DNA of 62,908 nucleotides, the filler included, from Reclinomonas americana ATCC 50394 (Eukaryota), in the NCBI GenBank assembly GCA_048213135.1. It is 16 parts of 16 records of this genome, joined end to end, with 100 filler letters (N's around TTAATTAATTAA, not from the genome) between each part and the next. Parts side by side here need not be neighbours in the genome. Positions count along the whole stretch, not along the records: positions 12,885 to 21,768 come from AFZH01018518.1; positions 21,869 to 28,137 come from AFZH01018521.1; 14 more parts are not named here. One strand, written 5' to 3'. Below the pieces are notes generated by a model. The model was not told the origin of the DNA. It was given only the letters and a program-made list of their open reading frames with translations, and did not search any database. Below, in pieces: positions 14,001-26,553 of the stretch (positions within the stretch are counted from its first letter, which is position 1; the number at the start of each line of letters is the position of its first letter). A program made the position numbers and the translations under genes.

Positions 14001-14615
14001 CTCTGTCGGCGGCCGACTCATGCGCTGCAATGCTTCCACCCGCTGCGCCTGCCGCCTCATGCACCGAGCTTGCAGTCTCAAACGGCTTATGCGCCGCTGA
14101 ATCCGCGCGCTGCTCCGACGCCAGTCGCTCACGCTGTCGGCGAATCGACAGGCGCCGCTGATACTCTGAGCGCACCTCATCGTCCTCCTCTGCCGGGTCA
14201 TCCACGCTCGCTGCGCCTCCATGCCACGAGCGTCTATCGGGCGGCGGTCTGCGCAGAGGCGGGCCAACGCGGCTGCTGGCAAACGAGGCGCCCTCCAGGT
14301 CGTGCTCCGTGGCGTCGTCGTCCATGAGCACGCGCGTGGCCGACGACGACGGCGCAGTGGCCGAGGCTGCGCGTGCGGCGGCGGCTGTCCCCGAGGAGTT
14401 GGCGGCGGGTTGGACGCGGTACGCGGGCTCCAGCCGCGTGCTGCGCCTTGAGCCTGTTCCACCTCCGCCGCCGCCACTCGCGCTGCTGGCTGTGTTGTTG
14501 TGTTGCGCGAGACTGTCGCCATCTAACAGCTACACATGGAGATGATGATGATGAGTTCATGAGTGCGAGAAGAAGGGCACGCGCGCGTGTGTGCAACTCT
14601 GCGCTGATCGGCCAT
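11084..14615 (-). CDS. P4-type ATPase (phospholipid flippase); central N/P domains missing in the gap at 12785
   Basis: N-terminal motifs [62 protein letters not shown] and YVQTANLDG. After the gap come the C-terminal TM exons (WVWLNHFFLWGS, FWLLLLLLTVACLAPDFALK). Start codon is tentative. Confidence 0.9.
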
Positions 14616-15557
14616 TGGAATTTTTCGTGCAGTCAAACTTTTGAGTGTCCTTCGACGTTCGGTGGCCGTGTTTTTGCATATGGCGTCTGTGTGCACAGTG
14701 CACGTGGTGTTTGTGTTGTTGTAAAGGGGGAATCCGCATGCGCGTGAATGAAAGAAAATGATGCATTTGTGACGTTTTTCTTTCACGCTCATTGTTGTTG
14801 CTGTTTCGTGCAAGTGGGCGCGGTGTCTGTTGTTGTTAATGGCGGTGGTGAGTGGCATGCAGGAGTGTGCGCGCTTAGATGGGAGGAAAAGGCGTGTGTG
14901 TCCTGTCGACGCTCATTCCGAGATAAGAATCAACGCAGAGCAATGGACAGGTGCGCTCTTGCTTTCCACATGCACACACTCTCCTTCTCTTTTTCTCCGC
15001 TCACCACTGTGTGTGCGCGTGCAGGAACAAGCAGTGCATGCAACAGGCAGTGATGGGCGGTGCGCATAACACACACAAAGATGCACTCTCACTCTCTCAC
15101 TCTCGTATTGTGTGTTGCGCAGCGGGCATGGGATGCGCTGTGGGAGTGGCCGTGGGCGTGTTTGTTGCGTCTCTCTCACTCTCTCTCTCTCTCAGATTGC
15201 ATTTCTAAATGTCACTCTTTGTGTGTGCAGTTTGGCACAGTGTCTGCATTCAGCCCGGCTGCAAGAGGCCAGCGGTTGCGCAAGTGGATGTATGACATGC
15301 CTCGGTGAGTCAGCAGCAGTAGCACGCATGTATGCAACTCACACACTCTGCTCACTCACAACAATGACTGTGTGATTCTGACAGGTACGCAGCGCAGAGT
15401 GGCGCCACCTTTGGTCTGTTCATGGGCGTTGGCACGTACATGCGGTGCTGATCCTCCTCCTTGTCTCTGTCTCACTCTCATTCTCTCGTCAAAAGATCTA
15501 CATTCGAGTGTTTGTATTTGATGAATCAGAGACTGCTTTTTCTTCTTCTATCTTCGA

Positions 15558-18500
15558 TCATCGGAGGGCTATGATTAGTGAGGTTAGCGTGGTGACGAGG
15601 CCAATGGCGAAGAGATTCGCTGTCCATCGGGCGCCTCGTCCGCTGCGCGGTAATAGACTGGCGTCGGTGGCGGCGATCGAGGTCGGTGCGGCCATGGTGT
15701 TGTCGTCGTGGTGGTGGTCGCCGTTGGGTGGCGATGGAGGTGGTGAGGAGTCGACGGGGTGTCGATCGGGTTTTGGAGGGAAGAGCACGAGTGTGCGGAC
15801 TACGTCGGGGTGTTCCACGCGCGTGAACAGGCTGGTGATGATCTGTGGGAGGGGGGGGGGAAGGGTGAGGAAAAGGAGGAAAGGGGGAGGTGGGGCGGAG
15901 AGAGTACAGATGGTAGCAGATGCATGCGTGCGTTGTATCCTTGGTCAAAGTGGAAGAGCAGAGGCATGCAAGAGAGAGAGAAAAAAAGAAAGGGGGAGAG
16001 AGACAGAAAGCGGGAGGGGAGAGACAGAGGAGATGAGCGAGAGAGAGAGAGAGAGAGAAAAGAAAGAAAGAAAGAAAGACAGAGAGACAAGAGAGAGACA
16101 GAAATCGGGAGGGGAGAGAAAGAGGAAATGGGCGGAAGGAGAGAGAGATTGTGCGTGTGCGCGAGTTACCTGCACAAGGACGCAGACGGGTGCGAACACG
16201 GCCACAAAGTTGAGAAAGTTGGAGCCGGCAAAGACACCGATGATGCCGGTGGGTTTCTCGCTGAGACTCGAGTACACCACCTCCAGGAGGAAGCGTAGAG
16301 CGCCGATGCAGAAGCCCACAATGAGGGTCACCAGGCCGGAGATTTCTGCAACAGAGTTCTTGTGAATTTCAGATCGTGCAACCATGCCAACGCGACTCGG
16401 CTCACCTGTGGCGCGGTACCTGGCACAAACAAACAAGCAAATAGTCAGTGAGGATGTGGAATGCACACTTGGCGACGCACGCTGCACACGCACCATACAA
16501 CTCCGACAAAGAAAATGACGGCGATTGGCGGAGCGAAATACGACATGATCTGTGTCATGCAGTTGTCAGCGCCTGCATCATCACGCAGACAGTTTGCATG
16601 CAAACCTTGTGGGTGTAAATGTACAGCTGATTGCTGACGAGCGGAATGAAGGGCACAAAGGCCAAGCTGACCATGGTGAGGATCACAATATTAAGGCGAC
16701 CCAGCAACACACGCCGACCCGGAGCGCACTTGTCGCCGATTAGATCTGTGCAGGCGTGCGCAGGTGAGGTCGCGAGGACAGAGATACAATCCACCTTTGT
16801 GATAGAGGAGGCGCACCAAACGTGAGAATCGTGGAGGCCGAATTGAGGACCGACGCGATGCTGCTCATGAGGGCGGCAAACATGGCGGCCACCATGAGTC
16901 CGAGCAGGCCCTCTGGGAGGAGGCGTGTGGCCAGCAGCGGATACGCCGCATTGGGTTGCGCGGCCACCTCGGCTGGGTACACTGTCGATGAAAAACAAAC
17001 GAGTGTCAGTGGAAGGAGGGGGAAGAGAGGGGGGAAGAGAGGGGGAAGAGAGGGGGGAAGAGAGGGGGAAAAGAAGGGAGAGAGAGAGAGAGAGAGAGGA
17101 GGAGGCACCGAGACGGAAAGGAACGGAGGATCCACGCAACGAGCTCTCGCAATGAGACCCGGAATGACCATCAGCACGAGTGGCGTCAGCTTGAAGAAGC
17201 CAGCCAGCACGCAGCCGGCCTTGCCGTGCTCCAGCGTCTTGGAGCCCAGCACGCGCTGTCGTGGGAGTTCATGAGTGAGAAGCGGGAAGTGAAAGGGAGA
17301 GACGAGTTGCGTGCAGCGAACCTGCACAATCACTTGATCCGTGCACCAGTACCACAGCGACGTCCACACCACTGCCAGCAACACCACACAAGGTCATTCA
17401 CTGCATGCGAGCACGTTCCATCATACAAGTGTCACGCAACGGCCGAGAAACACGCCCGTGGCGGGAAAGTGTGGATGATCGATGGGCTGGATGAGGTGGA
17501 AATCCTCGGCTGGCAAGCCCGACTCCTTCAGGCCACTCCAGCCACCCACCTTGACGAGACCCATGGTCGACAGCGACACGGTGCCGAGGAGCAGCACCCA
17601 CTGCGCAGGAAAGGAAAATGCATGAGGAGGACAGGGAGGGGGGGGTGGTGAACACGCCAACACGCAACCGTCTGCATGACTTCGGTGCGCACGACGGCAC
17701 CGAGACCGCCAAACGCCGTGGCCGCCGACGGGATCGCCAGCACCGTGACGACCACCATCGGATCCCACCCGGCCGCCGCCTGCAGCAGCACTCCACACGC
17801 GTATAGCGACGCACACAGTCGCGTGAGCACGTACAACACCAGCGACAGCACGGCCAGCAGCGTGCGCGCCTTTGGACCATATCTCCTGCGCGTGTGGTGG
17901 CCAAGTGAGCAACGAGGCCACCACGGCCACGAAGGGACAGAGAGCGCAACTTGAGCACAAACTCAGGCATCGTGATCACGCGCGATCGCAAGTAGTACGG
18001 CAGAAACACCCAGCCCAACACCAAGATCAAGTACGCCGAGACCCACTCGCCAAACACCGCGCAGATGCCATCCACAGATCCCGAGGCCGCCAGCCCGATA
18101 AAGTGCTCACTGACGCGTGGAAGACAGCATGAGCAGCTGGAGACAGAGGCTAGGTGCACAGTGTCTCCGACTCACCTGCCAATGTTACTGGAGAAGAGCG
18201 AACAACCAATGGCGAACCACGACACACTGCGATTGGCGAGAAAGAACTTGGCATCGTTGGAGGACTGCCGTTGCTCTGCAGTCTCCGGCACTGATGCACT
18301 CGACGAGTGCTCGTGCGCATCAGTTGGCTTGGACGACAGTGGCGACGACTGCTCTTCTTCCTCTGTGTGGGTGCCATTGAGTGTGAGTTCACTTGCCTGC
18401 TGTTGTTGTTCTTTCTCTTATACACAGTGTGTGTGTGTGTCCACCTCGGGCTGCATTGTCGGTCTCCGCATCACGCAGTCCCAGCACACTTGGGCGACTG

Positions 18501-18797
18501 CTCATTGCTGTCATCTCAATCTGCTCGACTGCTGCGAAATCAGGTGGAGGATGTTGCGCCTCCTCGCGCAGCAGAGTGGCATGTGCAATGCCACTCTTCT
18601 CCACTCCACCACATGCTCTACAACACACTCGTTTCCACAGCTCCTGTGTGCGCGTAATAGAGAGCGAGAGAGTGAGTGAGTGATTGCGCGCTTGTGTGAG
18701 TGAGCAACTGAACTGTGAGTGTGGGGAAGATGGCGGCGATGAGGAGCAGCACAAAGTAAAAGGCGATGACGACCCAGTCACCGCCCGCAAGTGCCAT
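15558..18797 (-). CDS. Sodium:solute symporter (SSS/SLC5, SGLT-like)
   Basis: Spliced exons give [71 protein letters not shown] and GLMVAAMFAALMSSIASVLNSASTILT, all typical SLC5 motifs. Confidence 0.93.
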
Positions 18798-19289
18798 TCT
18801 TTCGTTGTTTGTGTCGCCGGAGTCTGGGCATGTAGGACAGGGCATATTTTTTGCAAGACAAGTCGCGCTCGCGTTTTTTCTCTGCGTGTGCAACAACAAC
18901 TGTGAGTGGTGAGTGAGAGGCATCGTTGATGAGTGTGTAAGGTGCTGTGGTGGTTCTTTTGTGGGGGCTGCGACGTTTAACTGCCCATGCAATCTGTGAG
19001 TTATCGATCGTGCCATGCATTGCATGTTGTAAATGGATTGGAGATACGCTGGTTGTTTGTATCCGCTGGTGCACAAGGCGCAGTTGTCCAGCTGCTAACA
19101 AGTCTCATTCACCGCAGTGGATACATGGTGATTACATGGATCCGGACATGCAGCTGCTGATCATGAGAACTCCTGACAAATCGCGATCGTGAGGAACCTT
19201 ACAAGTCACTGCTACACTGCATTCCACCAGCATCAGCAGCCAGCTACATCACTTAGAAGTTATCGTAGTGTGGCCCTCCATGAAGCTTA

Positions 19290-20542
19290 TTACATGTGGC
19301 CGTGTGGAGGCGCAGGTGGTGGTGGTGGTGGAGGTGGCGGTGGTTGCGATGGTGATGCGAAGCCCGGAAGAGGTGAAGGAGTGCCTGGAGTGCCGGCTGC
19401 TGCGCCGCTGCTGGCTGGTGCACTCGGCAGGACGTCTGCAGGCGCGGAGTTTCGGTCAGTGTTTCGTGCTTGTACCCTCCCTGTTTGCCAATCACCACCA
19501 CAAGTGGACATACCGACAGAGTCCGTCACCGACTTGCCCAACGTTCGTGCCTTGTTGCGCAGCGCCTTGGTGAGCATCAGCTTCACTTGCTGCTCGGATT
19601 CCTCCGTGTCGGGTCGTTCGCGCCCTGACCGGCGCTGGAGGAAGTCGAGAAGCCAAGTGGAGGCTGGATAAATACATTTTTCGCACACGTGTGATGATGT
19701 CGGTAATGAGCCACGCACGCCACGTACGCACACGCAGCTGCTGACAGAAAAGAGAACATACCTTGTGTGGCGTTGGTACGACTGCCGATCATGGTCTTGC
19801 GCAGGGCCAGTCGCATGAGCAGGTCGTAGCCGCGGTCGTAGGCCTTGCGCGCCACTCCATCCAGCACCACACTCTGCTCGTTGATGTAGATGACGCAACG
19901 GCACGCCGCCAACAAGCTATCCAGGTACGCCGAGGCGGCCCCTGCTGCCGGCTCGTCGACGTTGCCAATGCCGCCGGCGCCGGCAAGCGCCGCCATGTCG
20001 CCTCCGCTGCCGTCGGCACTGGAATCGAAAGAGGCCACAGTCCGCATGCCATTGTCGACTGCCGTGACCTTGGTGGTTGTCACCGCCGTTGAGGAGCCGG
20101 CGTTGGCCACCGCAGCCGCCTCACTGGACGCCGTCATTTTCGTGGACGCGTACTGCATGTAGGCGCCATCGCAGTGTTGTGCACACCATATCACGCGATC
20201 CACGCACGCGATCATGTGCCTCACGTTGGCCAGGCGCTGCTGCTCGGCCACCACACGATGCACGGCGTCGGCCTCGTCTCTCCGCAGCTGCTCGGCTATC
20301 TCCCGCAGGCGCTGATGCATTTCGTCGTCGATCTCGAAATCGCCGGTGGCGGATGATGCCGATCCGTGGCGCTGCGCATGTGCGTCGTCTGCGTGTGCGG
20401 CCGCAGAGTCGCGCGGCGAGTCGAGGAGGAACGCGGTGGCGGGTGGTGAGTCGCTCCACATGGGGGGCACGTGGTCTTGGCGCACCGAGAGACCAACAGC
20501 TGGCTGAGACCAGGCTGACGCCTGGGTCTGTGCTCGCTCCAT
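19290..20542 (-). CDS. Hypothetical protein with helical core and C-terminal polyproline
   Basis: Two long exons joined by a GT-AG intron (~19668-19761), ending PPPPPPPPPPAPPHGHM*. No family recognised. Confidence 0.55.
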
Positions 20543-21022
20543 AAGCCACGAGTGAAAACACAAATGAGCCAGGACTAATCCAAAACGCCGTCAATCTGCG
20601 GCGTGGGACAGATAGAAGCCTCGCTATGGTGAGCGGTGCGTGGTCACTGGGGTGCGTGGAGACCCGACGACAAACAATGGATTCAGTACCCGATATCGAT
20701 AGAAGAGTGTTTTTCCTTCGCTGTTGACGGGCAAAACGGTTCGTGTGCATGCCACGAACGCGACAGCATTGTCCGCCTGCCAACAATGGTACACGACGAT
20801 TGAGCCAGCCAGCACATTGTCCGCGTCCATCCGTAGACCGGCTCGTGGCGTGGTGTCCGCGTGGTGGACAGGCGACGTGGGGAAAACGGACATCACATGC
20901 GTTGGGGGGACGCGAGCATAATATTGAGGGAATAAACGACAAAAAAGTAAGTGTTCATGGAGAGCAAAAGCGAGAGCAAAAGAGGGAGCAGAGGTGGTGG
21001 TGGTGGTGAGAGAGGCGAGGCA

Positions 21023-21588
21023 TCACATTTGTGCGCACTTGATGTCGGCATCCTCGTCGTCGTCCAGCGACGGCAGCCGATTCTCAATCTCCTCCCACCA
21101 CTCGCCGCACTCGACGCCATGCACCTGCACACCGGCCGGCTCCAGAATGTGCGACCGTGGATCGTACTTGAAGTGTACCTGGCACTCACACGCATCGCCT
21201 ACACTTGCACAATCAGCAACAACAAACGACGACGAGCACCGATCGCGAATACAAACCATACAAAACCAAGTCACTCGGCGACAGGAAGTTGTACGACACC
21301 ATGTCGGACTTGTGCGGCGACGGCAGGCCTCCCGTGCACACGTAATGCAGCTAATACAAGACATGAGAGGAGGAGAAGAACGCGAACGTGAGACGACAGC
21401 GGACAAACCTGTCGCTGCAAGGCAAACGAAAAGTCCTCGGACAGCTCTGCATACACAGTATAGCAAATGAGTGCATTGTGCTTTCACACAGGTGTGAGTG
21501 AGTGCTCTGACCGACTCGTGCAGAGATCGGATCGCCTCCGGCACTGCCAGGCGGGTTGCTAGCTGCCTGTTCGGGAGTAACAAGATCT
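21023..21588 (-). CDS. Short coding exons, probably the C-terminal extension of the Rab-like gene
   Basis: Splice-bounded pieces such as ELSEDFSFALQRQ|LHYVCTGGLPSPHKSD and a last exon ...EWWEEIENRLPSLDDDEDADIKCAQM*. Same strand as the Rab-like gene, whose last visible exon ends in a donor before the gap at 21769. Confidence 0.4.
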
Positions 21589-21868
21589 GCGCACATGCAA
21601 CAAGGTGAGCGTGAAAAGCGCGGGAAGGCAGCGAGGGAAGAGGGGAAAACGCAACATGCGGGCTTGAATGGGGTCGAGTGTCTCCAACGAAGCTGAGTGG
21701 ACATGTCAATAAGCCAGAACATACGCACGCTCGTTTGTTGCATCACTTGCTCTCTCTCTCTCTCTCTCNNNNNNNNNNNNNNNNNNNNNNNNNNNNNNNN
21801 NNNNNNNNNNNNTTAATTAATTAANNNNNNNNNNNNNNNNNNNNNNNNNNNNNNNNNNNNNNNNNNNN

Positions 21869-21917
<49 letters not shown>

Positions 21918-22261
21918 GAAGAGAAGGAGAAGGAGAAGGAGAAGAAGGAGAAGAGGAGGAGGCGGAGGAGGAGGTGCGGCAGGAGGAGGAGAATGAAGGA
22001 CCAGAGGAACACAGTGGGTAGAAGAGAAGGAGGTAAAGCAAGGCTAAGAAGAAGACGAAGAAGAAGAAGTAGAAGGAGGAGGAGGGGGAGAAGAAGAAAA
22101 GAAGTTGAAGAGGAACACAGCAGGTAGAAAAGGATGGGGGAACGAGGGATGCTGAAAAGAACAGGGAGAAGAAGAACGCAAAATAGAAGAATCAGAGGAG
22201 GAAGAAGAAGTTGAAGAGGAACAAAGCAGGTGGAAGACAAGGAGGGGGAAGAGCACGCAAC

Positions 22262-24507
22262 CTGGAACATGTGATTCAAAATTTGCTCGACGAGAAAATC
22301 AATCATCTCCGCCACCTGGTCGGCGCCGGTCTTGGCCGACAAAAAGTGCCAGCAAATGTAGCCGCACTTCTGAATGTACGTATCCATGTCCTTAGGTCGC
22401 ACCGACGGCTTGCCCTTGTCGAATTTGTTGCCGACGAGCACAATCGGCACAATGTCGCTGCTGTGCGTCAACTTGTGCGCAATGACGGCGCGCCACTCGT
22501 CCACCGCGCGCACCGTCGACACGTCGGTGACGTCAAACACCATTAGCACGCCGTGCATGTCCTCCAGGTACTTTTCCAGGTGTCGGCCGTGTAACTGCGT
22601 GCATAGGGGAAGGGAGGTGAGTGGGGTGGAGAGGGGGGGGGAGGGAAGGGAGGAAGAGAGACCTCGGGGTATGGAATGTCCCAGAACTGGACGCGGAAGG
22701 GCATGTTGAAGCGGGTGGTTTTGGCTGGAGGGACGCGCGCGTGCTCCACGTCGATGCCTGAGGGGGTGGGAGGAAAAGAGGAAGGGATGAGGAAGTAAAG
22801 CGAGGAAGGAAAGAAGGCACACAGCTTCAAAATCTCAGGAGGGCAGAATGAAGCAGCGACAATACATCTCATCGAATGCAGCATGAAGGAAGGGCAAAGC
22901 AAGAGAGAGAGAGAGAGAGAGAGGATATGCAGGAGAAGACGACAACAAGCAAAGGACAGGAGACATGTGTTTGACGCGAATGACGCACAAGAGCGACGCA
23001 AAAAGAGCAGAAGAATGACACGGGTGAGAGAGAAGAGGGCAGCCCATGAGAAGAGACAAGAGACACTGAGTTGCAGAGAATGGAGCGTGAAGGGAGCGCG
23101 AAGGAAAGAGAACCAGTCGAAGTGAAGGGATGAAGGAGGCAGTGTTTCGTGAATGGTGGATGAAGCCACACCTTTAAAATGAAGAGAGCAAGCCAAAGAG
23201 AAGAAAGACACTGCGATTGCAGTGATGTGGAGCACGAGAGAGGGCGAAGGGGCAAGAAACACCCCATGGAGATAGGCGTGAGAAGGAGGCAAGCAGCAGA
23301 AGAAATGCAACACTTTTCGATCGTTGAAGGTGGAAAGAGAATGCCAGGCGTGAAGAGAGACAAGGACCAAGGCGCAGAAGAGATTCAACACTTGTTTGAA
23401 GAAGGGAGGAACGAGAAGCCGCCAGACAGGAGAATGCCGCAAGTGAAGAGAGACAAGGAGCAAGGCACAGAAGAGATACAACACTTGGTTGAAGAAGGGA
23501 GGAACGAGAAGCCGCCAGACAAGAGAATGCCGCAAGTGAAGAGAGACAACGGAAGGGCCACAGCTCGCAGAAAGGAGACAGACAAAGAGAATGAGAGACA
23601 AGGAGCAGGAAGCAGTGGAGATGACGAGAAGCTGCGAGACAAGAGAATGCCGCACGCGAGGAGAGTGAAGGGCAAGAAACGGAAGGGCCACAGCTCGCCG
23701 AAAGGAGACAGACAAAGAGAATACAAGGCGAGAGAGACAAGGAGCAGGAAGCACTGGAGATGACGAGAAGCCGCCAGACAAGAGAATGCCGCACGCGAGG
23801 AGAGTCAAGGGCAAGAAGCGCAAAGGGCATTGTTGCACGGAGAGTCATGCCGATCCTCAAACTGAGAAAAGAGACCAAGGAGACGCTCCACCTCCCCTCC
23901 AGCAAACACCCTTCCCTTCCCCACCCTTCCCTCCCTCCTCCTTACCAATCGTCGGCGTGTACTTTGACGAGAAGCTATGCTCCGTGTACTGCCTCACAAT
24001 CGAGGTCTTCCCGGTCGCCGGCGCCCCCACCACCAAAATCTTCAACACAAACTCCGACACCGGCATGAGCTCGCCCGGCGCCAACTGCATCTGCGCCTGC
24101 CCCGCCGACGTGGTCAACGAGGCCGCTGCGGCCGAGGCCGTGTTCGCCCCCGCCAAGTTGCTGCTGCTGCTGTGACTGTGACTGGCCAGAGAGGAGGAGG
24201 AGATGCCGCTCACGGGTGCTGCACTGGCTGCGGTTGTTGCGGAGGAGGCGGAGGAGGATGACGATTGCGCGGTCGTCGAATTCGCGGTCGTCGATGAGTT
24301 GCCATCTGCGTGTGCGCAAATCGTGTGAGAGAACTGTGCGTGCGCGTGCGTGCGTGTGTCACCACAAGTGCGCGTGTGTGTGTGACCACACTTTGGTCGA
24401 CTCATTTTTTTGCTCTCTCTTTCTTTTCTCGCGCGACGGCACTGCTCACCTCCACCGCCTTTTCTGAACGCGCGTGTGAGCTTGTTATAGAGACCGGCCA
24501 GCGACAT
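22262..24507 (-). CDS. Rab32/38/29-like small GTPase with atypical G3 box and S/A-rich N-terminal extension
   Basis: KILVVGAPATGKTS (G1), YTPTIGID (G2), VQFWDIPYPE (G3 position), LVGNKFD (G4), WHFLSAK (G5). WDI, MD..IQKCGY..W..SAK and FLVEQIL resemble the Rab32 subfamily. Confidence 0.8.
23335..23825. repeat. Intronic degenerate tandem repeat (93-bp units, then ~120-140-bp units)
   Basis: The anchor AGAATGCC recurs at 23338, 23431, 23524, 23644 and 23783, inside intron 22758-23945. Confidence 0.8.
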
Positions 24508-24591
24508 GAGAGGCCGAGTTGAAGTCGAAAGTCGTCAAAGTTGGTCCATTGCCGCTCTGATCACTTTACATCAACTCGACCCATCGCTCTC

Positions 24592-25603
24592 ATGCGCGCT
24601 CTTGTTGTGTTTGCGCTCCTTGTCGTGGCGCTGCTGGCGAGCAATGCCGCGGCGCAGTGCGGATCGTGCCCGACGACGTCGGTGGCCACAGATGCGGCCA
24701 CTGCATGCAGCTATGATTTCAACACGCTGATCACGAACTTGGCGCAGGAGAATGAGGGTGCGTGAGTGATAAGCGAAGAGGGGGAGGAAGAAGAGCAGTG
24801 CTGTGTGTGCGTGTGTGAGTGGGAGGAAGAAGGAGTGAGTGACAGGAGAGAAAAGAGGGGTGCGAGAAGAGAGCATCTTGTCTTGTGCATTGTGCCGTGC
24901 TCTGCGTCGCTTGTGTTCTTGCGTTCCTGTGATCAAGGAGTGCTCTTCTGTTCATTTCTCTGCATCCGGTGTGCGAGAAGCACTTTCTTCTTGATTTTTC
25001 TCTTTGTTGACGCTTCTCCTGTTTGCACAGGTTGCACTCTGGGTGTGTACACTGACACCACTGGCCACGCGACGATTGGCTACGGTTTTAACGTTGCGAC
25101 TCTTGTCAAGCACCACTTCCCTGCCATCCTCTTACACATTGGTACCGATACCACAAACCACACAGCTTGTGCAATCTGGGGCGGACAGCATTCTCTCGCA
25201 GGCCGGCATCACCAATGTGTCTGTCAATGATCTTATCAATGGAGCATGCCTGTCTCCCTCGCAAGCCACCGCAATTCTGTGTTTCGTCTCACAGCGCTCA
25301 ATTTAGTGTTCACGATTGATTCTCACCTTTATTGTCGCCAGCCGTCGAGCTTGGCCAGGCCATTTCGTGCGCGCAGGGACTCGCCACCAGCTGGAGCTCT
25401 CTCCCCGTCACCGCCCAGGCTGTCATGACTGATATGGTGCGTCATGTCGGTCACACGCATTCACGTCGTCAAGAGACTCATTGTTTTTCTTGCCACAGTC
25501 GTTCAACCTCGGCTGCGGTGCGCCCTCACTTGCCACACATACACGCACACCACACTTCACTCTCTCTCTCTCTCACAGACACACACACTTGCTTCCGTCT
25601 CTC

Positions 25604-25643
<40 letters not shown>

Positions 25644-26431
25644 GCTTCCGTCTCTCTCTCCCTTCCCTCTCCTGCCTCTCACATTCCCCCTCTCCACAGG
25701 CGGCTTCTCGAGCTTCACCAACACTCTGGCCAACATCAACTCTGGCAACTGGTCTGGCGCCGTTGCGGGCATGATGAACAGCCTGTGGTGCTCGCAGGTG
25801 GGCACTCGCTGCACTCGCGATGCGGCGCTCATGGCCGACTCGGCGTCTTGTGGCGGTGGCGGCAGCGGTTCCAGCGGCTCGACGGGCTCTGGCTCCGGCA
25901 ATTGTGACCCGAACTGCGCCAGCTTCTCCGGCTCCTCCGGCTGCGGCTGCAGCGCCTGCTCCGCCGGCTACTACGTCGACCAGGATGGCGTGACGTGCGA
26001 CCAGTGCACCACCGACCCGAACTGCGCGCAGGTCGGTCAGCTGTGCTCGGGCAATGGTGACACGGAGAACCAGTGCAGCTCGTGCGCCAGCGGCTACTCT
26101 GTCGATCAGGACGGCGTCACCTGCGACAGCGAGAGCTACGAGCAGGGTATGTTGTCGCGCAATCCACCCTGTTGTGTCCGCTGCGGGCGTTTCTCACCGT
26201 AAACCTCCGCTTGCAGTTCCGGGCAGCAACAACAACAACAGCAACTCTGGCAACTCTCGCACGCTGACGATTGTGCTGTCGACAGTCTTCTCGGTGGTCG
26301 GTGCTGCCGCAATCGCCATCTTGATCGTGCTGGTCATTCGTCACCGTCGCCGTCGTGCGCAGTCGCCGACGGAGATGGAGCTGCCGTCTCACGACAGCAG
26401 TGTCACCTATGCGCGCATGTCGCAAGCGTGA
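24592..26431 (+). CDS. GH24 (T4-phage-type) lysozyme copy 1: signal peptide - lysozyme - G/S linker - Cys-rich repeats - TM helix - cytosolic tail
   Basis: Exons 24592-24757, 25031-25092, 25166-25280, 25342-25436, 25499-25517, 25700-26146, 26217-26431. Catalytic EGCTLGVYTDTTGHATIGYG has E-x8-D-x5-T spacing like T4L E11/D20/T26. DMSFNLG..GFSSFTNTLANINSGNWSGAVAGMMNSLWCSQVGTR aligns with the T4L C-lobe. Confidence 0.92.
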
Positions 26432-26553
26432 GAGCATTGTTAACTTGAGCCGACACAAGAAAAACACCTGCAACGCAGCCGATTGTAACCCATACGACTT
26501 GATCAGTCCATTGCCCGTCTGATCACATTTATTCAATTCGACCCATCGCTCTC

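Noticed and set aside
23179..23763. Plus-strand 194-aa repeat ORF (EEIQHL.EEGRNEKPPD..MPQVKRD)
   Set aside because: Antisense within the Rab-like intron; an open frame is expected from a purine-rich 93-bp repeat, and there is no other coding evidence.
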